From Candidatus Aenigmatarchaeota archaeon (lineage in GTDB: Archaea; Aenigmatarchaeota; Aenigmatarchaeia; CG10238-14; SCSR01): a stretch of 58,926 bases of DNA. Within the stretch, counting starts at the first letter, position 1, and each line of letters begins with the position of its first letter. The stretch is taken from positions 1 to 58,926 of the forward strand of contig JAGVVV010000006.1 in NCBI GenBank assembly GCA_018304615.1. The letters run 5' to 3'. Shown here piece by piece: positions 47,375 through 57,462 of this stretch. The position numbers and the translations under genes were made by a program. The notes beneath the pieces are model-generated. The model did no database searches, had not been told where the DNA came from, and saw nothing but the letters and a program-made list of their open reading frames with translations.

Positions 47375-48346
47375 TCAACTGAAAAATTTATTTGGATTCT
47401 CTTCATATATTTTCCTCAGGGTCTCCTCTGGTAAATTTAAACCGTCAAGGAGAGTTGAAGGCTCTAAAAAGCAATAAAACTTTTTCATTTCTAACAAATC
47501 CAAATGGCATTTCAGAAAATTGAAAATTTGCTTTTCATCTTGGCTTCCAATAACAATGTCAGAACCCCACATTATCCTGTCTTGATATCTCAGGATAAAT
47601 TCTCTGAAACTTTTCGTATCTTTTGTGGCGAAAGTGCCAACTCTTTGCCATGCACTTATATCCGTGTATAGATTTGGATACCTATCAAAAAGATTTCCAA
47701 GAACTTGCAAATTCCTTTCAACTGTGCAAAAATGGGCGCAAATGAATTTAATATTTGGGAATTCCTTTAAAACATCTTCGAATTCATCAAGTTGGTATGT
47801 CGATGACTCCACATGAATGATCACAGGCAATCTTGCTTTTCCGGCAATTTTAAAGACTTCTTTCATTTGAGAAGAATTGATCGGTCCGTACAAAGAAGTT
47901 ATATTATATTTACCTTCCCAAAAATCCAGGGTTTTCGAGAGGTTTTCCTCATTAGTTTTTTCCCAAATGACGCCATGATAAAATTTAAGTCCGTCAATTC
48001 CTTGTGAAATTCTTTCGTTTAACATTTCAAGAGAGTCTGGGAGATTGGGGTCCAATGTGTAAAAAACTAAAAATCGGTCAGGATATTCTTCCTTGATTCT
48101 TAAAAGATCGTCCATGTTTTCCTCATTCACGGATGAATCTGACAAGGAATTCAGTAAAACCATTTTTGAAATTTTCAAAGAATTCATGACATTGATAATT
48201 TGCGGGATTTCAGAACGGTTTAAAAGATGTTCATGAACATCGATAATGGAGAATTTTCTTTTCAATAGCCATCCTTGGTTTGAGAGAAATATGGAAATGG
48301 CAAACATTGAAACTACAAGTAAAATCGCAAAGTTTGTTTTATTCAT
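47375..48346 (-). CDS. Amidohydrolase-2 family protein with N-terminal TM
   Basis: IDVHEH, GLKF, IIH, AH, YTDIS, WGSD. Confidence 0.88.
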   Translation of the reverse strand: MNKTNFAILLVVSMFAISIFLSNQGWLLKRKFSIIDVHEHLLNRSEIPQIINVMNSLKISKMVLLNSLSDSSVNEENMDDLLRIKEEYPDRFLVFYTLDPNLPDSLEMLNERISQGIDGLKFYHGVIWEKTNEENLSKTLDFWEGKYNITSLYGPINSSQMKEVFKIAGKARLPVIIHVESSTYQLDEFEDVLKEFPNIKFICAHFCTVERNLQVLGNLFDRYPNLYTDISAWQRVGTFATKDTKSFREFILRYQDRIMWGSDIVIGSQDEKQIFNFLKCHLDLLEMKKFYCFLEPSTLLDGLNLPEETLRKIYEENPNKFFS

Positions 48347-48375
48347 TATTTAATATTAGAAATTTTATTTATAAA

Positions 48376-49137
48376 CTAAGATTTTAATTCCAGACGAAGT
48401 ACCTTCTTGGCGTTCTCAGTAGTGATTCTATCAACTTCCTCGAATGTTGTGTTTCTCAACTCGGCAATCTTCTTTATAGTCAGTTCGACGTTCTGAGGGA
48501 CATTGGTCTGGTTAGGAATTGGAGAGGAAAATGGAGAGTCAGTTTCGGTGAGAAGATTATCCAGAGGAAATTTCCTTGCTATGTCCTTCAAATTGCTGGA
48601 ATGATCTAAAGTCGTTGGGACCGAGATATAGTAATTTTTCTCTACTATTTGTTTTGCCAAAGAGATGTTTCCTGAATAATAATGAAAAATCACGTCCTTC
48701 ATTCCTTGCTCGACTACAGTATCGAATCCCTCTTGCTCGGCTTTTCTCAAGTGGAGGACTACAGGTTTGTCAATCTCCTTCGCCAACTCCAGTCCCTGTA
48801 TGAAGACTTCCTTGAATCTATCCAAGTCTTTCTCTTCATTAAACCATTTCTTCTCTAGTCCAATCTCACCGACAGCCACGATCTCATCAGCATGGCTTCT
48901 TATCACATCAAAATAATCTTGGACCTGCCTGTCTGTCATTTCCTTTATGTCAATCGGATGTAGACCTATTGTAAGAAAAACAAATCCGTGAAATTTCTTC
49001 GCCAACTCGAGATTCTTTTCCCAATCCTTAGGATAGCCACATGTGACTACAGCGTCCATCTTCTTTTTTGCATCGTTTAGAACTCTGTCAGTATCCCCTA
49101 TTCCTTCATAAACCATGTGGCAGTGAACGTCAATCAT
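48376..49137 (-). CDS. tatD: TatD-family nuclease
   Basis: IDVHCH, GLHP, GEIGL, LH.R, FH, TETDSP. Confidence 0.92.
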   Translation of the reverse strand: MIDVHCHMVYEGIGDTDRVLNDAKKKMDAVVTCGYPKDWEKNLELAKKFHGFVFLTIGLHPIDIKEMTDRQVQDYFDVIRSHADEIVAVGEIGLEKKWFNEEKDLDRFKEVFIQGLELAKEIDKPVVLHLRKAEQEGFDTVVEQGMKDVIFHYYSGNISLAKQIVEKNYYISVPTTLDHSSNLKDIARKFPLDNLLTETDSPFSSPIPNQTNVPQNVELTIKKIAELRNTTFEEVDRITTENAKKVLRLELKS

Positions 49138-49252
49138 TATTTCTTATTCTGCTGGGGAAAATATATAAGATGTAGAGATTGAGGAATCTAACCCATTCAC
49201 TGAAAAGCCTATATCATCTCACTTCTTCTCTTCGACTATTGAGACAGATATT

Positions 49253-51244
49253 TCATTTTGATCCGAATAAACTTTTAAAGAAATCGATAATCTTCTGCAT
49301 TAAATCTGCACTAATACATTTTCCATCTACACATACATTTGAAGAACATTCAAAATTATTTTCGCATGCCCCATCTGCTTTTAATTGTTCTGTAAACATT
49401 CCATTGTCTGAACAGAATTTACCTTCTTTTCTATACCCAAATGGATAGCATTTTCCTTCTGACGGACAGCTATCTTTGCAAAACAAAGTTTTTTCTTCGC
49501 TTGATAGAACTCCTCCTTCCTCTGAAGGAAGCGGGACTGGCTGAACTGGAACTGCCGGAATTTGAGACGGAGAAATGAAAACTGCTTGTCCAGATCCAGC
49601 CTCGACATAACATTCATTCGAAACGCTGAAGGAATTTACTCCACACTTGCCTGTCTCCGATGAACAGTGACTACTGCAAGATCCCTTAGCAACATCCTGC
49701 CAAATTTCTGAAGATTTGCATGGAGCATCCGCGTTCAGTGCAGTTTTAGTTTCAGTTCCGTCATAGCATTGCCAATACGCATACCTAAACCCTTTTCCGC
49801 TGATTTGCTCTGCTGTAACATTTGTTGAGGGAGTACATTTGAACTCTACCTTCTCATGGCCTCCATCGATAACGCTGTAGGCGTAACCACCGCAGCTGCT
49901 CTTCCACGTCAGCTTCTGGCCCCTGTTTCCAGAAACTTCTGATAAGCAATCAGGATATCTATATCCAGTCTCGTCAGTTACCACGCCACCATCCCAAACG
50001 CATTCAAACTTTCCATCGTCTGTATAACATTTTTCTGTTGATGTGTGAGGATTAATGAGAACATCTGAATTATGAAATATACATATTACCTGCTCTCTAA
50101 TTCCCTCGCCGTAGAGCACTTCCCCTTCCGCCTTCACGCATGCACCATCCTTACAGATGTTGCTCGGACATCTTCCAACTGCTGCTTGGGCTGTTTGAGA
50201 GGATGAGCACGATCCTTCAAGCACCCAGCAGTTTTGCCCGCTGCAGTCAGCCGTGTCGTAGTAGTCTGTGTTCGAGTTTATCACCCTGCAAGTGTCATAA
50301 TCTTTGCGCACAAGGGCGCCGCCATATTGAGTTTCGACATATCCTTTCACATAGTAGTTAAGTCCGTCAGAATCAGTACATGTTTGAGCTGGAGTAGATG
50401 TTTGAAGTGTTGTACCAACTTGGATTTCAGCCTTGCTAGGAGTTGCAGTTGAAATTTGTCCACACTTGAATTCAGCATACTCACTTTTGCCGTCCATAAT
50501 TGTGTAGGCGTAACCACCGCAAGTGCTCTTCCAAGTAATCATCCTACCTTTTTCCGCAGATATTTCAGCCACGCAGCTCCCAACACCCGAACAGGTTGCA
50601 CCTTCTGAACTGCTGCACCTTTGGACTGAATCCGAATTTACAAAAATGCATTTAACCTGTTCGTTTATAATTTCAGCAGGAGTTGTTGCAGTGACAGTTT
50701 GAGTTGCTGCTTGCGCAGTCGGCTGAGGAGTCATGCACTTAAATGCAAGATATTTGGTGTTGCCATCAATCGTAGTTTCTGCATAACCTCCATCGGGGCA
50801 AGAGCTTTTCCATACAATTCTCGTTCCCACTTCCCCTACATAGCACTTTTGCTCTGAAGACGTGTCAGTAAAAACACATTTCACCTGCTCTTTGACAGAA
50901 GGTTGTGTTGTTGTAACTTCTGTAGTTGTTGTGGTTTGCTCTGGTATTGGAGCAGGTTCAGAATTGCAATAGCCATTGGTGCAGCCGTACTTGCAGGTGG
51001 TAGATATAACCCAGTTGCCATTAATGCATTCTGCAATGACATCTGCAAGACATTTTCTACTCGCCTCTGTGCATACTGCAGCAGTTGTTGTGGTAGTTTC
51101 ATTCTCAAGAACCTGATAGCCAGTAATTTTGAAAATGTTTGATACCCAAGAAACAAAATCTTCAAAGGAATATGCATAAGCAGAAGAACTAAAAATTAAT
51201 AGCAAAGAACATAAGAAAAAAGTTACAAGAACATTAAATTTCAT
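49253..51244 (-). CDS. Large secreted Cys-rich repeat protein
   Basis: Three EQV.C.F...WKS.C.GGYA...DG...FKC domains; CTDSDG..Y..KG module. Confidence 0.85.
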   Translation of the reverse strand: MKFNVLVTFFLCSLLLIFSSSAYAYSFEDFVSWVSNIFKITGYQVLENETTTTTAAVCTEASRKCLADVIAECINGNWVISTTCKYGCTNGYCNSEPAPIPEQTTTTTEVTTTQPSVKEQVKCVFTDTSSEQKCYVGEVGTRIVWKSSCPDGGYAETTIDGNTKYLAFKCMTPQPTAQAATQTVTATTPAEIINEQVKCIFVNSDSVQRCSSSEGATCSGVGSCVAEISAEKGRMITWKSTCGGYAYTIMDGKSEYAEFKCGQISTATPSKAEIQVGTTLQTSTPAQTCTDSDGLNYYVKGYVETQYGGALVRKDYDTCRVINSNTDYYDTADCSGQNCWVLEGSCSSSQTAQAAVGRCPSNICKDGACVKAEGEVLYGEGIREQVICIFHNSDVLINPHTSTEKCYTDDGKFECVWDGGVVTDETGYRYPDCLSEVSGNRGQKLTWKSSCGGYAYSVIDGGHEKVEFKCTPSTNVTAEQISGKGFRYAYWQCYDGTETKTALNADAPCKSSEIWQDVAKGSCSSHCSSETGKCGVNSFSVSNECYVEAGSGQAVFISPSQIPAVPVQPVPLPSEEGGVLSSEEKTLFCKDSCPSEGKCYPFGYRKEGKFCSDNGMFTEQLKADGACENNFECSSNVCVDGKCISADLMQKIIDFFKSLFGSK

Positions 51245-51296
51245 TTTTATCTATTATATATTTCGTTATTAATAAGAATAACGGTATCTATCTAAT

Positions 51297-51686
51297 TTAT
51301 TTTGCTTTCTCTAAAATAATTGCAGAAACAGTTCCGTGTTGAGAAGGTCGTGAGGTAATTCTTGCATTTCCCAATTCAGTTTTAATTATCGTTCCTTTGG
51401 TAATAATTTTTCTTCTGACCCACTGAGGGTTTGCTGGGTTCTGTAAGACATCTAAAATCTTGACTTTCTTAATCTGTCTTGAGGAAGGGTCCAAAACATT
51501 GACCATCTGTGTCTGGAAGGTTTTTACTTTGATGCCTCCGCCTTTGGTTCTTGCAATCTTCCTCTCTTCTTTCTCTATCCTCGTGTGGACTGGAGGACTT
51601 CCTAATTCGGACTTCCTCTTCTTCCTGTTAATCTTAATCAGGCCTCCTGTGTGTTTTCTTCCTTTTTCACCATGCCATACTGACAT
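51297..51686 (-). CDS. rps8e: 30S ribosomal protein S8e
   Basis: RKHTGG...KRKSELG, ITKGTII, TSRPSQHG. Confidence 0.96.
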   Translation of the reverse strand: MSVWHGEKGRKHTGGLIKINRKKRKSELGSPPVHTRIEKEERKIARTKGGGIKVKTFQTQMVNVLDPSSRQIKKVKILDVLQNPANPQWVRRKIITKGTIIKTELGNARITSRPSQHGTVSAIILEKAK

Positions 51687-51732
51687 AAAATCACTTATAT
51701 TCTTTCAATGGATTCGGATTTATATGCTTTTG

Positions 51733-52569
51733 TTATTTCTGTTTCCAGAAAGGAGCTCCTGCCAAAGTCGTGCTCTCGATCTTTCCATATTTTTCTAGAG
51801 CTTCAAGTTTCTTTTTTGCTTCTTCAGTTTTCAAATCGAACACTCGCGAGACTTCCATGAGCGGAGTCGGACCATGTTCTTTCAAATATCCGAGTATGTC
51901 CGACGGTTTGTTTTTCTTCAATTTCCCGCCAGCAATATAATCAATTGCCTCTTCTACAATCTTTGGATTAAACGCATGGTCGAGTAGGACCACTCTGTTT
52001 GCTCCGTCAGTAACGACAATATTATAAAAGTTCAGAGGAAGATGATGAGGAAATTCCTCCTGCTGGTGTTCATAATCATGATGTCTTGCTTTTTTGTCAG
52101 CGAAATCTTTTTTGAACTTTGCAACATCAAGACCGGCAGATTTTGCAGCCTCAAACAAAACCTTGTCCTGTGAAATGTCCTGCATCTCTACATTGCATCT
52201 CCTTAAAGTTTCCCTGGACATTCTCTCGGCTTTCTCGTGACCCTGAAGCATGGCTGCCATAACAGCAATCGATGCGGGCATAGCAGTCTTCGGAATTTGA
52301 TCCCTCTTTTGATTTGTCTCGAATGGAATTTTCATCAAATCAAAGGCTTCTTTTGCCCAATCTAAAAACTCTTTCCAACTTTTTATTTCGTATTTTTCCA
52401 TCCAGTCATTGAAATCTTCATACACGCAGAGTGTGAGAAGACGAATGTCGATTTGATTACCATAAACAAGTCTCAGTTTGTTCAGAACAGACTCATATCC
52501 CCAGGACCACCAGCAAGTCGGAGCGGTGGCATGAAGGACAATCACCTTATTTGAATGTTCGTGCGGCAT
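51733..52569 (-). CDS. DsbA/FrnE-like thioredoxin-fold protein with C-terminal helical (wHTH-like) domain
   Basis: PTCWWSWGYE, PASIAV.AA, AGLDVAKF. Confidence 0.7.
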   Translation of the reverse strand: MPHEHSNKVIVLHATAPTCWWSWGYESVLNKLRLVYGNQIDIRLLTLCVYEDFNDWMEKYEIKSWKEFLDWAKEAFDLMKIPFETNQKRDQIPKTAMPASIAVMAAMLQGHEKAERMSRETLRRCNVEMQDISQDKVLFEAAKSAGLDVAKFKKDFADKKARHHDYEHQQEEFPHHLPLNFYNIVVTDGANRVVLLDHAFNPKIVEEAIDYIAGGKLKKNKPSDILGYLKEHGPTPLMEVSRVFDLKTEEAKKKLEALEKYGKIESTTLAGAPFWKQK

Positions 52570-52685
52570 AAATTTCTTAGAAATATCTTGATTTTAACCG
52601 CTTATATATCTAAACTCAAATACGATTTTCTACCTGAGATAAACCTTATAAATGCTACTGTACTATAAGTAATGAAGTGAATTCA

Positions 52686-52904
52686 ATGACCGATAGACCA
52701 ATAGACGCACTAGACAGAGCCAAGGGCAAAAGAATTATGGTCAAGCTGAAGAACGGTGAGGAAATCACTGGAATTCTGAAAGCTCTTGACCTGCATTTGA
52801 ACCTGTGGTTAGACGAAGCTGAAGTTCAGAAATCAGAAACCAAGGTAAGAATGGGAACAGTCCTCGTGAGAGGAGATACAATAGTCTACGCTTCTCCTGT
52901 GTAA
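52686..52904 (+). CDS. Sm-like archaeal protein (Lsm/SmAP)
   Basis: RP.DAL, D.HLNL.L, VRGD; adjacent to rpl37e. Confidence 0.95.
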   Translation: MTDRPIDALDRAKGKRIMVKLKNGEEITGILKALDLHLNLWLDEAEVQKSETKVRMGTVLVRGDTIVYASPV

Positions 52905-52954
52905 GCCAACTTTAAGTTTAATAAAGTCCAAAATCTAAACAGAAGAGTGGTCGG

Positions 52955-53140
52955 ATGACAAAAGGAACTCCATCGATGGGTAAGAAGAGGAAAATTACCC
53001 ATATAAGATGCAGAAGGTGCGGAAGACACTCCTACAGACTCGACAAGAAATACTGCTCAGCATGCCATTACGGATTGACTACTAAAATCAGGAAATACGC
53101 ATGGCAGACGATAGGTGCGTTTTTAAAATATTCAAAATAG
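52955..53140 (+). CDS. rpl37e: 50S ribosomal protein L37e
   Basis: [10 protein letters not shown]...CRRCG...CSAC. Confidence 0.96.
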   Translation: MTKGTPSMGKKRKITHIRCRRCGRHSYRLDKKYCSACHYGLTTKIRKYAWQTIGAFLKYSK

Positions 53141-53202
53141 TAGATTAATACCACTTATAAAAGTTCTATAACTTTTTTCTGTTATAAACAAAAATTTTAA
53201 AA

Positions 53203-53895
53203 ATGAAAGTTACAAAGGAATCTGTTAAATTTATTAGAAAATCGAATTTATCTTACACTAAAATTCAAAAAGAAGTAAAAAAGAATTTTGGTATAGTAAT
53301 CTCAAAATCCCTTTTAAGTTATTATAAAAGGACTAAAGATAGGTTAAAAATAATAGATTTTAAAAATGCTTCGATAGAAGAAATAGATTGGCTAAACGGA
53401 ATTTTTCTAGCTGACGGATGCAAATACAAAAACAGAAATTATCTCTATACAATAAAATTTGCACTTGACAATGAAAAAGATCAAAAGATAGTAAAAAAAC
53501 TCTGTTATATTTTAAAGAAATTGGGTAGTAAATACTCTTTTAGCTATCAAAAAAACTCAATAATAATTAAGACATATTCTAAATCACTATTTGATAGATT
53601 ACCAAATAAGGAAAGATTATTTATACCAAAAAACGAGCTAGCGTTTCTTTCTGGTTTAATTGATGGAGATGGTTGTAAAAAAGGAAATGCTGCAGTCTTA
53701 GTTCAATACAAGAACTGTCAAACTATGAACTATCTTTCGAAATTCTTCAAATTAACGAAAAAATCTTTCCCAGTTTTAACAAATTTTGGATTATCAAGAA
53801 GGCGCCAATATTATATTAACAAGAGAACATGCGATTTGATTAGGAAAGGAAATCTTTCTATAAAGTTAAAAACACTATTAACTAATCAAATATAA
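53203..53895 (+). CDS. Free-standing double-motif LAGLIDADG endonuclease-like protein
   Basis: WLNGIFLADGC and FLSGLIDGDGC; AT-rich. Confidence 0.85.
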   Translation: MKVTKESVKFIRKSNLSYTKIQKEVKKNFGIVISKSLLSYYKRTKDRLKIIDFKNASIEEIDWLNGIFLADGCKYKNRNYLYTIKFALDNEKDQKIVKKLCYILKKLGSKYSFSYQKNSIIIKTYSKSLFDRLPNKERLFIPKNELAFLSGLIDGDGCKKGNAAVLVQYKNCQTMNYLSKFFKLTKKSFPVLTNFGLSRRRQYYINKRTCDLIRKGNLSIKLKTLLTNQI

Positions 53896-53907
53896 ATTAT
53901 TATTCAG

Positions 53908-54001
53908 GGGCCGTTAGCTCAGCATGGTAGATGAAATCAGCCAAAAGCAGCTGGCTTTTAAAGTTGATTTAAAAGCTTTGATGCCAACTGAGGACACCAG
54001 A
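53908..54001 (+). tRNA. 5' part (positions ~1-43) of tRNA-Lys(UUU) with two BHB introns (53931-53945, 53961-53995); T-arm and 3' acceptor strand absent
   Basis: Spliced product GGGCCGUUAGCUCAGCAUGGUAGAGCAGCUGGCUUUUAACCAGA parallels the neighbouring Lys(CUU) gene. Confidence 0.75.
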
Positions 54002-54035
54002 GTAGAGTAAAATATGAATTCGGAGTTTTATTGTC

Positions 54036-54344
54036 GTGAACAAAGTTCTTGAAAAATTGAACAGAAAAGACTGGAAGTATCACAAGGCCAGGATGCAAGT
54101 GCATTCTGAATTCGGAGGATTTGCGAAACACTTGAAGCAAAATTTCTGGACGCTGGCAATTTCCACCTTCGGAATTGCAACAGGCCTTTTATGGTATGAC
54201 CTTGTGAAAGCAATTATAGACGACTTCTTCCCAAACAGAAGCACGCTGGACATAAAATTTTATGTGGCTATTCTCATAACCTTTGTTTCCATCACTGTCA
54301 CCTACATAATTACCAGATTCCAGAAGAAGAATGGAACTTCGTGA
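54036..54344 (+). CDS. Small 2-TM protein, DUF5654-like
   Basis: STFGIATGLLWYDLVKAII...YVAILIT. Confidence 0.7.
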   Translation: MNKVLEKLNRKDWKYHKARMQVHSEFGGFAKHLKQNFWTLAISTFGIATGLLWYDLVKAIIDDFFPNRSTLDIKFYVAILITFVSITVTYIITRFQKKNGTS

Positions 54345-54381
54345 TATATTTTTAAATAAACTAATTCTTGTATATACACAC

Positions 54382-54475
54382 GGGCCCATAGCTCAAGGAT
54401 TTAAAATCCGGCAAAGCATGGCAGAGCAGCTGGCTCTTAACCAGATGGTCGAGGGTTCAAATCCCTCTGGGCCCA
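54382..54475 (+). tRNA. tRNA-Lys(CUU) with a 20-nt D-loop intron at 14/15 (54396-54415)
   Basis: GGGCCCA/UGGGCCC acceptor, CU-CUU-AA loop; intron hairpin GGAUU/AAUCC. Confidence 0.9.
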
Positions 54476-54486
54476 CTTATTGAACT

Positions 54487-56097
54487 TCAAATTCTTTTTG
54501 CGAGTTTCAGAACTAGCACGACGGCTACAATCAAAGCAGCAATTCCAGCGATTAGATAATAAACAAAAAACGATTGCTCAATTCCAACTTGAGTTTGAGC
54601 ATTCAGATTGAACTGCATCTCCTGAACTTTCAGTGTGTATCCTCCGATAGAAACGCTGGTTGGAATTTTCAGATTCCCAGAATAGCTGCCAGAAACATTA
54701 ACTTGGCTGGATGCTAGAAGCTTGTCAGAGCTGTCTACCAAATAAACAATCATATTCCCAGAAAGAGGGCCGCCATTGGCATCTGTATATCTGACATTGT
54801 ATTTCAAATCCGAACCTGGAGAACCGTTCCCGCTGGTTATCGACAAAGTCCTTTGAACGCCAGCAAATTTAGAATAGTCGTACAACAATTCAACAGTGTC
54901 AAGAGTAGTTCCGTTTTCATCTTTCAAAGTGGCTCTTTCAAAAAGTTTAGTATATGATTTTGATGGATTGAAATCTACTTTCCATCCCTGAGGTGGTGAT
55001 GGGAAAACTTCCACTGGGCCGTAATCTTTTTTGAATATCGAATTTCTGTCTTCGTCCAGAATTTCTATGCTGCCAGTTCCGTTGAAGGTAGTCGCGTAAT
55101 CTGAGCTGGTAGCCAGACAAAAGAACGCAGTTACTGGCTTGCCTTGCATTGCCGGGAATTTGTCCAAGCCCAAATAAAGGAATCTTCCTTTGACTCCTGT
55201 GATTGACAATCTTATTTTCATAATAGAAACTGTTTGGCCGTCTTTAGTCTGAGCAGACAGAACAACAAGGTAAGAATCCGGAGATAATCCACTAATTTGA
55301 TAATCAATGTTTTGACTTTGGCCAGAGACTAAGCTTAAAGAAATGGTTTTTCTCAAATCTGTGATTTCGTTGGACTGGAGGGAATCGTCCCACCTGTAAG
55401 TCCTGATTGTAACATCCAAAGAAGATTGTCCAAGACTTCCTTCCTTCAATATGCCTGTCTTAATTGTCAACGGAGTGTTCGGTTCATCGATAGTAGTGAA
55501 TCCTGTAAATTCGTATTTTCGATCATTGACAAAGGTTGATGATTTGTCAAAATGAATGAAATTGTAGTTTCCGGAATTTGCGACCGTAAAGGTAGTTTCA
55601 ATGCCTGGGACGCTGTCAAGAAAGTTGATTCCAGCGAGGTTGAACTTGTTTGCTACGGTGAAGAAGGCTTTGATTTTATATTCTCCTGGTTTAGCGTCAG
55701 AAGGTATTTGGAACTTGAAGGCTTGGTTTGATGTTCCACCTTTCAAAAGATAAATGTCCTTGGCTGCAACAAACTGATTGACAATATTTTCAACACCATT
55801 GTCGTCATAGTAAACTCTCAAGATGACAGAGCCTTGAACGATAGGAGCGGCCATGTCACTGGACAACGTATAGCTCATGAGCACATTATCACCCGCATTG
55901 TAAGATATTTTGTCTGTATGGAAATTGTCAAAAGTCACCCCAGTCTGGAATTCATAGTAAGAAAAACAATCTGTTTCTGTGACTTGGGCAAAAGAAATTA
56001 CAGGAATAATTAAAAGAAAAATAAATGATAAAAACGGCAATAAGAATTTTTTATCCATAATTCTAAATGTCGTTACTCGGTATAAAAACGTGCTCAT
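54487..56097 (-). CDS. Secreted multi-Ig-like surface protein with C-terminal TM
   Basis: Signal peptide, IPSDAKPGEY, terminal TM. Confidence 0.8.
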   Translation of the reverse strand: MSTFLYRVTTFRIMDKKFLLPFLSFIFLLIIPVISFAQVTETDCFSYYEFQTGVTFDNFHTDKISYNAGDNVLMSYTLSSDMAAPIVQGSVILRVYYDDNGVENIVNQFVAAKDIYLLKGGTSNQAFKFQIPSDAKPGEYKIKAFFTVANKFNLAGINFLDSVPGIETTFTVANSGNYNFIHFDKSSTFVNDRKYEFTGFTTIDEPNTPLTIKTGILKEGSLGQSSLDVTIRTYRWDDSLQSNEITDLRKTISLSLVSGQSQNIDYQISGLSPDSYLVVLSAQTKDGQTVSIMKIRLSITGVKGRFLYLGLDKFPAMQGKPVTAFFCLATSSDYATTFNGTGSIEILDEDRNSIFKKDYGPVEVFPSPPQGWKVDFNPSKSYTKLFERATLKDENGTTLDTVELLYDYSKFAGVQRTLSITSGNGSPGSDLKYNVRYTDANGGPLSGNMIVYLVDSSDKLLASSQVNVSGSYSGNLKIPTSVSIGGYTLKVQEMQFNLNAQTQVGIEQSFFVYYLIAGIAALIVAVVLVLKLAKRI

Positions 56098-57404
56098 TTA
56101 AATGGAACCCAATCTAAAACACCGCTACCACTCAGATCTCTGCAAACTCCCTTGGCAGGGTCTCTGCAATGGCCGGCGCAACAAAGATTAGACGGACATT
56201 GGCTGTTGTCGGAGCATGCTGGTGTCGTAGGCACTTTTATTTCGGAAGCAGAGCAAAGAACTCCGCTTGACAAGTAAACAGGTGTGAACGATATGTCTGA
56301 ATTGTCAGATGACTTTACAAACAAGTCCACTGAATCGCCTGGTTTAATAGTTACAGGCAGCTTATTCTGAACTGCGAAGTTACTTTGAGAATTTATTCCA
56401 ACTAAGCTTGCTGAGCTGTCTCCATTATTGGTTATAGTTAGTTTCGTGATGTCGCCTGCGACTGACGGTGAAATTTGAAGGTTGGGACCTTTCACTTGGT
56501 TGACGATGTTAAAGCTGGTGGATGAGTAAATGGGTTTCATGGCCAAGGCGTCCATGAAATTGTGGGTTTGGTTTATTTGAGTTTTTGTAATGTATTTTGA
56601 ATTGAGCAGCAGGATGTCGTATAATGGCTGCTCTATGACTTGATTTTGGAAGGGCACTGATGCACGCCATGGTTTACTTACTGATTTTTCTAAATAGAAA
56701 ACACATTTCCTATCATAGTTTATGGTGACATTGGCAGAACCGGTGGCCGATGGGGTAAAGGTATTGCCTGAAACAGTTCCAGTATTAGAAGAGATACCGC
56801 CGCCTGATGCGCAGATAACAGTCCCATAAGTGTAGAGGAACTTAGTTTGTCGGGGAAGCCAGTTGTAAATTGAGGATTTGTAAATAGTTATACCTGGAGC
56901 AACTTCAGGATCAGCGTTCATAGAATCTGGTGGAGTATATTGTTGACCCAAGCCAGTAATATTTCCAGCGATAGGGCTGGCTCTCTTTTGGTTGGCCTTT
57001 AAAATTATGTTTTTGAATTCATCTTCGCTCACAAAACTTATTGGTGGCGAATCCTGAGGACCACCTTTACCATACCATTCACCTTTCGGTACAGTGGATT
57101 GCAAAGTAATAGGTGTGCCGGCACAAACAGAACCAGAAGAAGGAATAACTTGATTGCCTACAGAAAAAACAGGATTAAGATAAGTGCTTAATCCAAGTTC
57201 AATAACTGAGTTGAAACCCAAAGGTTTAATGTTGGCGAAACAACCGCCCATTTGATTGCACAATTCTGCAGAAAAAGTTGCGCTTGTTGGACTTGGAGGC
57301 TGCTGGTCATTCGTCTGGGGGGAAGATGCTGAAAAAACCAGAGCAACTATAGAGAAAAAACTTATAAGAATCATGGAGAATGTTAGGAATAGTTTGATTT
57401 TCAT
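56094..57404 (-). CDS. Secreted protein with Cys-rich C-terminus
   Basis: Signal peptide; CSDNSQC...CC..HC. Confidence 0.75.
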   Translation of the reverse strand: MKIKLFLTFSMILISFFSIVALVFSASSPQTNDQQPPSPTSATFSAELCNQMGGCFANIKPLGFNSVIELGLSTYLNPVFSVGNQVIPSSGSVCAGTPITLQSTVPKGEWYGKGGPQDSPPISFVSEDEFKNIILKANQKRASPIAGNITGLGQQYTPPDSMNADPEVAPGITIYKSSIYNWLPRQTKFLYTYGTVICASGGGISSNTGTVSGNTFTPSATGSANVTINYDRKCVFYLEKSVSKPWRASVPFQNQVIEQPLYDILLLNSKYITKTQINQTHNFMDALAMKPIYSSTSFNIVNQVKGPNLQISPSVAGDITKLTITNNGDSSASLVGINSQSNFAVQNKLPVTIKPGDSVDLFVKSSDNSDISFTPVYLSSGVLCSASEIKVPTTPACSDNSQCPSNLCCAGHCRDPAKGVCRDLSGSGVLDWVPFK

Positions 57405-57462
57405 CTAAAATTAATTCATTTTTTTAATATTTTAATCTTTGTTATTATTTTAAAGAATCAGT

